Origin: Tubiluchus corallicola
Lineage: Eukaryota > Animalia > Priapulida
Length of the DNA: 64,000 bases
Assembly (NCBI GenBank): GCA_030141605.1
Contig: JAQGDQ010000179.1
Coordinates: 372,001 to 436,000, forward strand
Direction: 5' to 3'
This document shows positions 24,061 to 38,100 of the stretch, in pieces. The first letter of the stretch is position 1, and each line of letters starts with the position of its first letter. The position numbers and the translations under genes were made by a program. The notes below the pieces were generated by a model. It worked only from the letters and a program-made list of their open reading frames with translations. It did no database searches and was not told the origin of the DNA.

Positions 24061-27000
24061 GTGCCCGGTTTCACACAGTGCCTGTATTTCAATACATAAT
24101 ATAGTTCTTAAAGACACAAGCAACATATTTTAAGCGGCTTTCCTAATTTAACAATAAATTTGAAACAAAAATTTTGTCTCACAAAACTTTCAATTTGGTA
24201 CCAGGTTTAAAATAACAGTCAGACTTGTTAACTTATATATTACTGAGGCTGCCACAAAAAATTGTTTCTTTTGACCTCATGAGCTCATACGCTTTTTGTG
24301 AATGTTTAAAACTGAATCGTGAAATATTTAAAATCAGTTGAAATCAAAGTTTGTTTATTCCCCACTGGTTAGCAGTAAAGTTTTAATTTTTTCAATGCAC
24401 AATCTTTCACGTGTTGTTTTTTGTTTTACATTACAAAATTATCGTATGCGTATATAAAAAACACCTTTTTATATAACTGCGTCAGGTAAGTATATGAATG
24501 CACAAAAACAAATTATAAAATTCCTGGCCGGGTGTATGATGAACTAAAACCTGGGCGATTAGACGGAAACAGAAGTATTTTTACTGTCGGCCTGGTACAT
24601 TGGTTAATCTTTAGTTTGATCGATTTGTACAGATTAATATCCAGTATCAAAGTGTGCATTATTTTTAGGTTAGATTTTGGTCTCAGCAACAGTAGAACGC
24701 ATTCAAAAGACTGCAAGTATTGAGTCAATATGTACCAGTAAGATATAAAAAAAGCAAGAGTACTGCAATCTCTGCATAAATTCAACACTACTCACTAAAA
24801 TTCAACTCGAGTATCGATTTTGATTTATATTTTATGCAAAACATGCTAGGAGGACTCGAAAGCTCAATGCTCCTTCTCCCTCCTCACAGTAACTCGCATA
24901 GTTTATTTTTTTTTTCAATACAATATCAATTTGTATGTATGTTTGAGTTGCTGTGGAATAAATTCATAATTCATAAAACACCATACCTAACTAGCACCAC
25001 TTTGGCCACGTTACATCTCCTCTCACTAGTTACAGAACACTTCTTATAGTTATAGGTAAGAAATTAAACAAAAATTAAATCAATTCTAAATTAGTTTTAC
25101 CTTAGTCCAGTGACATAACACATAGCGTACCAAAGTACGGACCGCACTATAGCTTATTCATTAAAATCAATAGCGTTGAGCAACGGACTAATATTTATTC
25201 GTGAGTCAAGCTCAACTTCAACTTGAACGTCGTCGTTTCCAAGCAGAACATAACTATGAAGCACACATTGCCCTAGTGAGAGCATCTCACGTCAAATTAG
25301 TTAAAGAGCATAATCCTAGAGTATTTCTTCCTAAGCATTAGTGCAATTAATCAAAAATGTGACATGGCTAGGGAAATGAGGCACTGCAAGAAACTTCGCG
25401 CTCTGTTCGAGTCAATAAACTTCATCTTATTGTACTAAAATGAAACTCCTGATGACAAGCGACACAAAATCATGGCGTCTTTCTTGAAGAGCCGAAGAAC
25501 ATCCAGGATTTTATTTTATTGTAAATGTTCGCTAAATATTAAAATAAAGTTGTTATAAAACTAATTTCACTTACACTGGAATCAGAGATTCTAGATATAA
25601 CATCAACAGCAGAATTTTAACCAACTTCTATTCTAAATACAATAAAAACTGTCTTTTTCTATTTTATTGTAGTTCAAGTACGGAACTGCGGCTTGATACA
25701 CGAGACCTTCTACTCATGCGCGAAGCTCACGAGCAATCCAATTAGAACTTTCGAAGGTAAAGTCAGAAATGTACCGCTTTTTCTGGTTCGGTGTGTAATT
25801 ATAACGAGAATAGTCAAAATACTCGAAACAAATTAATCTATTTCGGTTTCACAGAAAGGTTTTTTTGCCGTGGGTCCAGAAATCTGGGCATTGGACAAGC
25901 TCAGTACTAATTCAAAGGCACGACGTTATGTAATAAACAAAATATTGTACATCTTCAATGTGACACAAACATTATTTTACATTACAGTGACACACTTGAT
26001 CATGTTATCAGTTACATTCAATGGCCTGTAAGACTTGTACTACAGCTCCTAACCACCAAGATCCATGGTTCTAATCTCTGAGATTGGTTGTCATTTTTAT
26101 ATTTAACCACTTAAATCATAACAGCTAGCTATCATGTGCTGTGTTAAAGCAAAAAATATCATGTAAACTGTTACACTCAAACTAGAACTGCTTTTTTCAC
26201 ACAGACATTTATACATGTACATTAAATTTTTCATTTTATGGTTTTACAAAGCAATTAACAAGCAATAAGAATTACAGAATATTTTCCATGTCATTATAAT
26301 TAATTATATTTTCTATCTATCTTAAGCTGATTTTTTCTTAGCCTGTAAAATTTATTACAGGTTTATGTATGTATAATCATAATTAAAAACATCTCATAAT
26401 TATTATAGTTTAATGTACTCAGAATTAACAACTTCATTTTCATTTCGGTAAAATAATATTAATTAGTTTTAATTATTGCTAATAAAATACCATCAATGTC
26501 TTATAGCCACTTAATTTTTAAGTGTCTAGAATTATAACTGTAAGAAAACAAAATTAATTTACATTGATCTTGTTTCTTATTGTAATAGTTCTTGGCATCA
26601 ATTAATGCTGTTTCATGCTTTGAGTTTTTTACCATACCAAATAATTATAAGACATGTCGGCATTTATTACAATTATCATTAAATTTGCAGAAAACAGTAT
26701 ACATAAAATACAGAATGTTTTCTGTGAGGTATATAACAGTGTGGTACGAATAATTATGTGGCATTACCTGGGCAAGCAGAATTAATTGCTCATTTGTTTT
26801 AGTTAATTTGAAGGGGTCGTGTGTGTGTGTGTGTGTGTGTGTGCGTGCCTTTGAGACAAGCTAGGCAATGTGAAAGCTGGTTAGTGAATGGATGGATGAC
26901 TAGATTAAATACTCACTCTAGCTGCTAGAGTGAGTATTTAATCCAGTCAGCACATTTCATTCAGGCTGTTTAAACTCCTCTGACTCTTTACCTTACAGAG

Positions 27001-27546
27001 AGAAAAGATGTAGGTATATCTGAAGTGGTTTAGACAATAGATAGCACTGTCAGTTCAATGACTCATCTTAGAGACCTAGCCTTGATAATGAATAGAGTTC
27101 TAGTCTTGCCTCAAACACAAATGTTGTAACTTGCACATCTACTGAGGGTGAATTCACAAAGCTTCTTACTAACTGTTTTATTTATAAAATCGTTTGTAAG
27201 AACATTGGTTATTAAATGTGATCATAACTTTACAAAAGCAAAAAATTCCTACGAAGTTTTTTACGAATGTGTTAGTGAATCCGGTCCCTGCTGCTAGATG
27301 CGAGTTTTGGCCTGCTGTGTGCGCAAGTGTGTGGTATCTGGTTTTCAGTGTAGAATATTCGTCTGTAATTTATAGTTCATATAACATAACACAATTATAC
27401 AAGTAATTAGGGCAAATGGATGTATGAAAGCATGATAGAATGGCTTTGTGTTTATGGCAACAAAATGAATGAGGTAATTTGTTTAAAACATGAAATACAA
27501 GATAAAAATGTGGAATTTTTGCGAAAAACATTTCTAAATAATATTA

Positions 27547-27723
27547 CAGTCAAACCTCGTCATAATGCCGTCCGCATAGTGCCAACCTTGCTTGACGCCC
27601 AAATTTTTAGCAAAACAAAATGTCTATTTTATTCAAAGACGTGCATGTATTAATGCACCTTGTTACAATGCTAAACACGCTGTAATGCAATCCCAAACTA
27701 GATGGTATGAGGAAGTTTGACTA
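27547..27723. mobile_element. Tc1/mariner-pogo-type MITE, copy 1
   Basis: ta|cagtcaaacctcg ... gtttgact termini; interior (aaatttttagcaaaacaaaa..gtctat..gtattaatgcacc) shared with 30933-31124. Confidence 0.75.
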
Positions 27724-28067
27724 CAGCACAATAAGATAATATGGCAACAATGTACGTAGGACAGGTTTATTTTCTATAATCATTATGAATTGATAAGAAA
27801 AAAATTTTCTTATGACAGTCCTGTTGCGAAATGTGTTGTAAATAAATTAAACAAATAAAAGAAAAGAAAAAACAACTTCTTTTGCCTTTGTGCAATAATA
27901 AGAAAAATCACTTACAAAAATGAGAAAATCCTGGAATTTATTTTATGAAAGGAAAACAGACGATGCTCACAAATTGGTAAGTGTTCGAGCAGAAACATTT
28001 CAAGCTACTTAATTATACACATGCATTATATAACCTTTGTAGTACCACATTGTGGCAAAAGTTCTTA

Positions 28068-31000
28068 TCAGAAATATGGTGAATCAGAAACCATTTGATT
28101 TGAAGGAACGGTTTCATCTTGTTCTATGGGTTTTCTGTGTACTTTTGTAGGCTGACTATTAACACTTTTGTGAAGTTTCAAAGATTTGGTATTCTGATTT
28201 GCCTGTGTGTCTACCTGTTTGTCTCCATTTTTCCACCGCGTCTTCTGCTTACTTTGTATGTTCTTAGTCAATGCTGATGTTTCTTCTGTATCACTTGACT
28301 TCCCAGTTTTTGTAGTATTAGAGCTTGCTGTCTGCTCACCTTGGGTTTTGGCAATTCCTGAAAGAAAAGGAAATGGGTCAAGGTCCATTGCCGGATGGCC
28401 GTGACTGGTGGTGGATATGTTCGTACTGGAACTCTGTGATGCTGGAGCTGCTAGTGTCGGTATTAGTGGTTCTATGGGTATTTCCTTTTCTGGCTGTAAT
28501 GGTGTAGGGTTAGCAAGTGCCAGCAAATCTTCATGAAGTTCACTAGAAGGTACTGTTGATGTGCATGCTGCACCTGTAGCAGAATTCGGGTCATCTCCAA
28601 AATCTATTAAGCTTTGAAATTCCGCTTCCTCTTGCTGAACCTTCTCATCTGTCCTGTGTTGCTGGTCTTCTAATGTGAAGCCTGCAAACATAATTTGCAA
28701 CTCTATTTGATTCAATGTCTCAAAATGCATTTAAAAGGGGCTGAAATGTTCACTGCAACACGGCAGTTTGACTTCATTTAATTTCGTTAACATTTAGATA
28801 AACAAACATTCCAAACTAAGGTAAATGAAATCTCAAAACATACTCAGTATTATGAAAACTTCAAATGGATCCACCAGAAGTGCAACTAATAATTGCAGCA
28901 CTAAGAAGGGTAGATCATTCACAGTCAAACAAATGAAAAATATCTTTAAAAAAGCTATCCAAATCAACAATTAACGTGACAGCACATTATATTATGTACA
29001 CTTTTAACAGTACGTAAAGTATTTAATCATAAACTAGCGTGTATAATTTTAAACAGAATCGGGGTTTAGTTGTATTTAACAGAAACAACTTTTTGTTATA
29101 GTTAGTTACATAATGCACATTGACTAATAAAAATAAAGATCTAGTTTGGTTCAGGTGTTGGAAGTCGTTATCAAAAATACTTGTAGGCTGTAAAGCAAAT
29201 TTAGGTAAGAATCTGGTATGGCAAGCAAAAGTATTTGTAAATTAAGGTTCAGGTGAGCATTGAAAATACGATTCAGCTTTGGATTCAAAGTACTGCTGCT
29301 TTTGGAATGCCTCATTTACCTATGAAAGTTCGTCCAATAGTAAAAGATGTAATTGAAACATGCGTACGCTATGCAGTGAACTTTCAAAATATCACACTGA
29401 CACCACATTTCACAATAAATTTGTGCTTTCCTGCAAAACTAAAATTTGCTATCATTTAACTAGTATAGTATACCTTGTTTTTCATGAATACTGGTCTGAA
29501 TTCTTTCAACTTCATTGCCCAATGATGCAAGAACAAGTTCGCTTTCGGCAACTTCCCTCGACAAAGCCTACAATAAATGAATGGTAGTCAAAAGCTAAAG
29601 CACTGTTCACATATTTAATAACCTGTCAATAAAGATATCATACATAATAAAGTTAACAAATGTGTTAAAAACTTATAATTATCACATTTTAATCAGTAGT
29701 CCTAAGAATAACTGAATAAGAAAGAACGTTTAAGAATTTTAAAAAGCAAATTAAGCTAAACTGCCTACTAATAAACCTTTCCATGGTCAGCCTAGAAAGA
29801 ACTAAAAGAAAAAAACGACCACTTTTTGTTAAATCCATAAAATTTAAAAACTTAGTAAAAGACTTTCCCTACAGTTCTCTCTCTCTCTCCTGGAACTTCT
29901 ATGTCAATTTTTTTTAATAATTTGAGAAATTTATTTTCTAAGCACATATTGTAAATAATTTAAGACAACACCTGATCCTGATCGTTATTTGACGAGATAT
30001 GTCCTTTAGTAATGATAAAATTAAAATAAAAGAATGAGTGTTTTTTGTTCTCACTAAAAATTAAGAATGTGCTTAGCAAAGATGACATATACACAAATGG
30101 CCAAACGAACAAAAGTGTTTGTCGTTCTTCATGACATTATTAGTACTAGTACTAAAGATTACTTCAAGCTATGTAAATGTTGCTAAAATGTATCAGGAGT
30201 AAAAAAAGGGTGGCTTCGTCTAAGACGACCCCAAAAAGTCGTAATGCCTTTTACCTCTAATTTAGCCAGTACGGATGAATTCATTTCTTTCACAGCTTCA
30301 ACTGCAGGAAAGTTGCCCTTCTTTGTAACAGCTACATCACTACAAGAAATAAGTACAGCTGATTTGTTTAAATCAAGCAATTAAATCCAGTGTGAACTTA
30401 TATTGATTATGAGCTAAAGAGCCTCAAAACTTTTGATTTGATTGCTTTGAAGGAAAAAGAAACAACATAGCTGGCTACAAACATACCTCAAGGAATCAAT
30501 AATTGCTTTGTAATATCCATGCCTTGAATTGTATGCATGACTGGCTTGGAGCTGATACTCTGTATGTGATGTATCACCAAGGTTTGATATAGTCAACGGA
30601 GCAGTTTCAAATTTTCTGTAAAAACAACAATCTATGAATTTTCCAATTTAAGGAAGCCATTTTCCAAAAGTCCGAAATATACACTTAAAAGCATTATATA
30701 TGTTTTTACGCAATATCAGTTCACAATGGACTTAATGTAAAAATACAAAATGTATGTCATTTCTGTCTTGCAATAGCTATTACAATGCTGCATAAGAAGT
30801 AATTGTATGCAAATCTGATGTGCCACTAATAACTGGGCAAAACCTAATTGATCTATGTAAATACTGTATAAAAAATATATTTTTTCCGTCTTGGACAAAG
30901 ATGTTATTGACAGAGAGTTGAAGGCAAGGTTACAGTGAAGCCTTGTTATAACCCCACTCCTTTATAATGTCAATCTCACTTAACGCCTAAATTTTTAGCA

Positions 31001-34000
31001 AAACAAAAATGTCTATATTTGCATAGACATGTGCGTATTAATGCACCTCGTTATGCTGCTAAACTCGCTATAATGCCATCTTTTTTTGCAGTCCCAGAGT
31101 AAGCAGTATAAAGAGGTTTGACTGTATTTTATACATGGGACGTGCAGTGATAATGATAATTGGCATATAAAATTGGTGAAATAATTAATTAATAAACGCT
31201 ATAATAACTATAAATTAAATCTAGCATCGCCTAATTGACCCGTTTTCATTCATTATTTAAAAAATAACTAGCATTGAATTTCCTGTGCAGTAAGAGACCC
31301 TGGATACAATTTCAGAAAATGGCTGTTACCTGCCATCAAAACTGGAGAATACTTTGTCATATGCGTGTGTAGAACCGTTAGATGTCATACTGGAAACAAA
31401 TAAACCAAACACAAAAGTCTTCTGTGCAATGTCAGGAAACAGCGCTAGTAACTCACGATGGATCACTTTCTCTCTGAATGACATGGATAAACTAGAATTT
31501 CTCCGGGCTTTATACCAGCCTACAATTTCCTGTTAAAATGATATTACATAAAATTACTACTGTAAGTAGTACTGTATGTACTCTTCATGAAAAGAAGCTT
31601 AGGACAACAAACAAGAAATCATGTAACCAAAACTAGTTAACATAAACGTTACTTGCAGTTTCCATGCTTAACAAAACTGCCAGTAGCAACTTTGAAATAC
31701 TTAATTCTTAATGCACGGCTACCATTTAATTAAAATATTTTGCCGAGTCACTGCCACAACTGTATCATTTTCTAGAGCCAGAGTTTCACAGTGTTCATGA
31801 CATCGGAACTATCCAAAAATCTAAATATCTGCCAAAACTTCTGAAAATAGTGCAAAAAATATGTACGTGTGTTCACCATTGTTTTGAAAAAAGGTTCCTA
31901 GCTTGAGTAGAAAATTTTAAAATGTTTAAAGTTTGTCACCAGAGTTGCAAAACCCTCCACCTCGCCAAAAATTCTCCAGACTGTCGTAAAGTTTTCCAAA
32001 TATGCTCGAGTATTTTGCCAATTATATGTGATATTCGTCAACAATTTCAGAGTCTACAAAAAACTGGAGAACATTCTGGGATGTTCCACATTTTCTTCTG
32101 CGAAAAGTCCTCAAAACTGTTGTTACATGATGGCAATATACTTGGCATGACGGTCGCATGTTAGTGTTGCAGAAGTTGCCAAACATACACGTACAGTTGT
32201 TTTGGATATTCTCACTATTTTCGCCTGAGATAAAAGCCTAAAATTCACAAAAAGAAGTCGCGTTCCCCATGATACACTGACTTAAGACTGAGGTCGAATA
32301 AATTTTGGAGTAAAGTCCATAAATAAGCACTGTTATGTGTCAGCTGTAGCCTCAGAGTAAGTTAAATAGGAAAGTCAAATTCTGCAAGTTTAAATAAATA
32401 ATTATCTAGGAGAGTAACCAAAGATGACAGGAACAACTTGAAATTTACAAAAAGTAGTTCTATAAGCACTATAAAGTTATACGAACAAACTAGTCACTAG
32501 TGAAACAGCTACTTACTCCATGTTTGATATTTAGTAAATCTTTCAACTTTTCCTTGTTGATTTTCCCGCAAGCATCATAAAAGCAACAGACTTTACTGCA
32601 CGGTTGGTATGAAAAAATATCTGCAACAATATGAAAAAAACAAACGTAACAGGCTCATACATGACATAAGAAAATCAACAAGCAGTCTAATGTACCAAAC
32701 AATACAAAATCAGCAAAAATCCATTATTCAATGTTTTGTGAAATATGATGAACCCCGTCAAGTTCGTAACATTCAGTGTCACACTGGCAGTCATAAAACA
32801 ATGGCAGTTTAAATTTAATAGACAAGTTATTATGTTTGCAAATTATATATTGAAAAAAGAATATACTTGTCACATGTTCTTCTCTGCGCAATTGAGCATC
32901 ATTATCGTTTGGAGAATCTGTTATTTTTTGAACAACACTGCCCAGCAAAAATCCTTCCTAAACAAAAAAGGACATGGGAATATTTAGAATTCGCAAGCTC
33001 AGAATAGCTTACACATTATAATAAAAAGGAAAGTTATTCAAAGCAAAACATAGCATTAGTCATAAAATAACTTTAGCCACAAATCTCTTTGCTTTCAAAG
33101 TTTCAGATCACTTAGCAAAAGATATACAATTGAACAATGGAGTTTTAAAGCTAAACATTCTAGGGATGGGACCGGATTTTTGCGTCCTCTGTGTAAAAAG
33201 CACGCATCCTAAGACTACTATTACTGAATTAGCATGTCCTGACAACTACTGTTAAGTATCTAGAAAAGAACGGTAATGTCTCCAAAGTTCCAGCAAAGCT
33301 TATGGATTAGTACTTTTGGTTCCAACACAGTATGGATATACAGCTTCATATGCAAGGCTGGAATTTGTGTAGAAAATTTGTTATACAGCCAGGTGTGAAA
33401 ATTTTTGTTGGTGTAGACATGGTATAATAAAATTGACATGAGTGTAACATTAGGCCACTAAGACACAAAACAAGAAATCCCTTAAATAGGAAAGAATTCA
33501 ATAATTTTTTCAAACCACAGACAGCCATACTATTTGCAACGAAGATGACTGCAAATTAAATAAACTACGGGTAGTTTTACATTTAATGAAGAGTTTCATA
33601 GTGGTAAGCATGAAAAATTGATGAATATAGGCTTGTGTGCAGAGCACGATGTTATAAGCCATGGCACATTTGTAGCACGTAGGCGTTCGAGGGTGGCGCA
33701 GCATGATTTCCAGCCTGGTTTACACTGTATCATGAAATTGCAGAGTGGCATATCTATACACAGTGCACAATACTGAAATCTTCTTAACAGGTTACTGCTG
33801 TCAATGCACATTTTCCACAAGACCGGATATATAATTACTACTTGCCAGACCTCTTAAGCATAAGCCTAAATTCCAAGTTTTTTTTTAAATTATTTAAATA
33901 TTTTGACAACTACAAAAATTAATGTGCTTTCACACTATGCGGCCGACTATGGTTTGTCCGAAGACAATAATACAAATATAAATTATTGTGGCCGATTAGC

Positions 34001-34085
34001 ACGCTAGCTTTACCTGATCTCCAGAAACGTTTGCGATATCATAAAGTAAACTAGCAAGTAATGAACCACTTGAATTTATTGACAT
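28068..34085 (-). CDS. ABRAXAS1: Abraxas/FAM175 (BRCA1-A/BRISC scaffold), ~462 aa; coding exons 34085-34014, 32957-32867, 32620-32517, 31529-31330, 30615-30487, 30339-30255, 29567-29474, 28681-28068
   Basis: Spliced ORF with MPN-like motifs GDQ|EGFLLGSV, EIVGWYKARRNS..MSFREKVIH, STH and ISNLG, then a coiled coil (ALSREVAESE...) and C-terminal SDSPYF*. All introns are GT-AG with consistent phases. May be the pro-orthologue of ABRAXAS1 and ABRAXAS2. Confidence 0.92.
30933..31124. mobile_element. Tc1/mariner-pogo-type MITE, copy 2 (in an Abraxas intron)
   Basis: ta|cagtgaagccttgttata ... tataaagaggtttgactg|ta with TA TSD; homologous to 27547-27723. Confidence 0.8.
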
Positions 34086-35156
34086 AATGCTCTTAAAATA
34101 GAAAAGATTAACTCGGGATAACTGACTAATACCACTAATAACAGTGGAAACCTGACGAATTTTTAGCGGCACAACCGGAATCCTTGGGTCTAGCTTCCAA
34201 TTTGATTCAATGCAGCTTATTTCTGCAAAACCTCCTCTACACCGACAATAATAAGAGAACCTGATTTTTTCTTGAATTGCAACTTGGGCCTCGGTAATAC
34301 TTAAGGCAGCAACAAGCTTCTACCATATTAGCAGCAGCGATTTCAGAATGTGGCAACAATGCAACGTAACACACTAAATGATGTGCAATAGCTGCATGAT
34401 CAAAGCTATAATACACACTATTCAGCTGTCGTTACATTGTTGGCAGCTGCTGCATTGCAGGACTGTGCACTTTCCAATTTTAGGCAAAGCACCTCTATTA
34501 TACAAGGATGGGCACGCTTCAAGATAAGTACACCAGTGGTGCTAGAGGAATGCATGTAGGTCCTGTGCTAATTATGTACAGGATCATGAGGTGTCCTATG
34601 CTAATTGAGGTCTAAGCCTGATATTCAAAAACAATAGTTAACATTACATCAAAGTATGTGTTGCTGTGATTAAATGCAGCAAAAGTAATGCAGTAAAAAT
34701 TGGGGCTCCTGCATGTCTACTGCTAGGTTGTTAAGGAATCCTTATCCTTGATAATGACATGGAAGTTGAGTAAACGGGTTTATGTGCAGAAATAAATAGC
34801 CGGATAACCATTTCTGTTCATTCTTTGCTTTATAGAGTTTTTGTTTATCATGCCTATATTTTGTCAAAAATAGTAGAGAAAATAAAGTACATGTATTTCA
34901 CTGGAACGTTACAAAATAGTGTAGCAAATCGATCATACTCAATACTAAAAAAAACATACATACGCCAAAAATAATATAAACAGAACAGGCTTTTATTACG
35001 TTATAAGCAACTTGTACAGTTTGCACTTTCTAAAGCATGGTCGCATATATACAACCAAGAACAAATAAATGTAATCATCATACTGATTAGCTATGCAAAT
35101 ATAGAGTTCATTCAATAAATTAATAATCGAACTACCAACACAAGAGCAACCATAAA

Positions 35157-38100
35157 CTACTGATAGCCTTGTTGGTAAGCTCCGGTAGGCCGCATGTACT
35201 GTTGTCCTGGAGCACGAGAATAGGGATTGCCCGTCGAAGCTACTGGTGGCACCTGAGGGTCTGCGGATTGTGGTGTCTGCTGTTGTGCATAGTAGCCATG
35301 TTGAGCAGTGGAAACTGGGTAAGCTGAAAACAATAGCAAATCGTCATTGTTAAATTAAAACAAATTACTAACCGAGTTCACTTGCATTGCCGGTTGTATT
35401 TCAGAAGCCATTTAGAACACCAATTGGATGTCATCAATTGGATATATATCAAATTTGAACTTTGGAACCAACCGAAACTTGTAAAAACACATTGCATGAC
35501 TATACACATAGAGTAAAATGTCCTAAAAAGTGCTATTTTGGATGCCACATTGGAGGCAGTGACATAAATTGACATTAGCTTAAACCTTCTGTGGCCATAC
35601 TGATTTTCATGGTGTGCCACATTCAGAGGCACATTGCATATGTGGGAGCATATATAAATAACACAGATTTTAATCTTTATACATGTAAACAGATCAGTAA
35701 CTGAGCACTTGGTTTACAGAATTCATACCACGCTACTTTTAAGGTGAAATCTTATCTAACTAACATAAGCAGATGCTTCAACTATCTAAGAAAAACACTT
35801 CAACAAAACAAGATACAAAACGTTCTTTTCAAGATGCTTCACTTTTTATCTAACAACATTAAAATGTACACCAGTCTGAAATACTTAAGCAACTACGAAA
35901 ATAGCATGAGTGCTATAAGATGAGAAATCAGTTGACCCCATTAATCACCGTGAAGCTTAATTCAATAATGTCAGTAACGAAATTTTCCTATCATAATAAA
36001 CAATCAATCAAAATTCAACACATAACACCCAACATTTATATTCTAAGTTATAGCTTAAACACGCATTTTGGTTATCAACCCTGCCATTGTTAATGTCTCA
36101 AGATTCAACAGGGGTTGATTAAAACTTTTTTTTATATCAATACTTCACAGGTTTAAAAAACGCTTGTGACAGTGGGACGCTAATACTAAATCAATATTAT
36201 GATATTCGAGTTGCTGATGAATATCACTAGAATTAAGAAAGTATTTAACATACGTTGTTGTTGTTGTTGCTGCTGCTGCGGCTGCTGTGGAAGATAGCCA
36301 GGCATCTGTGATTCAGATGGTTGCTGTGTGATAGCTGGTCCTTGATTAAACTGATTATAAGGAGGTTGCTGAGGATGATAACCCTGTTGCGGGATTCCTG
36401 GTTGGCTTGGACCAGGATATCGTGGACCAGCAGGTATAGGCATGGCAGCTCCAGGCTTTTGTTGGCCTAACAAAAGAATTGGTAATAAGCACTGGTAATA
36501 GTGTGCAAAAGATAATGTTATTTCTTTTGGTTCAGAGCTAAAATAAGGGCACTAAATGGCCATAAAATGAAGATGGTGTCAGAAGTTACAATCACTGGTA
36601 TTTATTTGGAAAGTAATGTAAGATACCAAAGGACTAGTTCAAATCAGGAATATGGAGCAAATGGTACAGAAAGGCAATCGGGCATAATGTGAAGTAATGC
36701 GCAGAAAGTTTGGCTTGAAGAATTTATTTTTAGACCAAGTTGTTACGGGTAATTTCATTAAAAGTAATGCTCTTTTACAACAAAACTTTGTGATGTCACA
36801 GTCAATATTATTTGCTTTGCTAAGGTTGACTAAGGTTAACTGGCTATAGTAGTACACCTACGAAAAAGTCTATAGCCAGAAAACTAGCAAGGTGTACGAC
36901 TCCACCAACTACATTTTTAGTAACCTGAGCAAGTGCAGAGGTAGCTGTTGCTAAATACAGCAAATGTGAACAATAGTGAAAGTAGAACAATAAGTCAATG
37001 CGCAAACACAATATCTACCTTGTGCAGAATGCTGCTGATATCCAGGCCCTTGTGTGCTGGCAGGATATCCCTGCTGCTGATAGTACACTCCTTGTGGCTG
37101 AGCGCCACCGGGCTGTTGATAATGATACTGGTGCTGCTGCTGTTGTTGCTGCTGCTGGAGTCCTGTAGCCGAACTTCGACTAGAGACACTATCGGGAGTG
37201 TCAGACCGTGTTGACTCTAAAAATTAATAAACGGTCTTACAAAAAATAGAAAACACTTTCACATATTTAATAATAATGTTACAGAACTTCAATTAAAACT
37301 TTGGTTCACCTAATGCAAAAGAGATGAAAAAAATTTACATAATGTCAAAAACAGTAGAAAAAACAAAGTACGTGTATTTGACTGGAATATTACAAATACT
37401 GAGTGAAAGAAATTGTTCATACTCAATACAAAAAAAACATACACATACCAAAAATAGCATGCTGTTTTGCATAACAGTCAAGTGTTATAACATATAACAT
37501 TAAAAAGGAATTTTCCAAATTTAGTTAACGATATGTTCTAAATGCAAACAAATTTTGTCACACATAATTATAAGTGCAAGTTAACAAAAAAGCTGTCAGG
37601 TTTAAAGACCCACACAATCAATAATGAAATGACGCCATAAAACATTTTTGATATAACAAGGCATATAGTGTTAACCTTTTATGATACTTGTACATGTCTG
37701 GCATGTATGAGCTACTAACTGAAACTAATGTCTGGATGATGGTCATAAACCCACTTAAATGTACAGTACTGGCAAAGTTTGACCCAAGGCATTCCTTTGA
37801 TTGGGTAGTGACTTGATTAGGTGTGCTGTTTCCACAAAAACTGACTTTAACATTATGGACCTTAGTCACCTGGTAAAACAAATTAAGAAGATCGTTGTTC
37901 TTTTGGTGGAATGAAAGAGGTGTTGCAGAAATAAACTTCCATAAAGACAGAGTTCTGCAATGCCTTCAAGATCTAAATCGTGAATGAGGAACTGTGTACT
38001 GACATATGACAGCAGTGTGCACAATGTTTGCACATTATTGATCATTAACAGAATATATATAACATGTATCCACTTCCGTTTTACATTGTTCTAACCGTGT

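Noticed and set aside
32622-32866. Possible U12/AT-AC donor in Abraxas intron 2 (GTATATTCTTT)
   Set aside because: Lacks the RTATCCTT core; an ordinary phase-1 GT-AG intron restores the frame.
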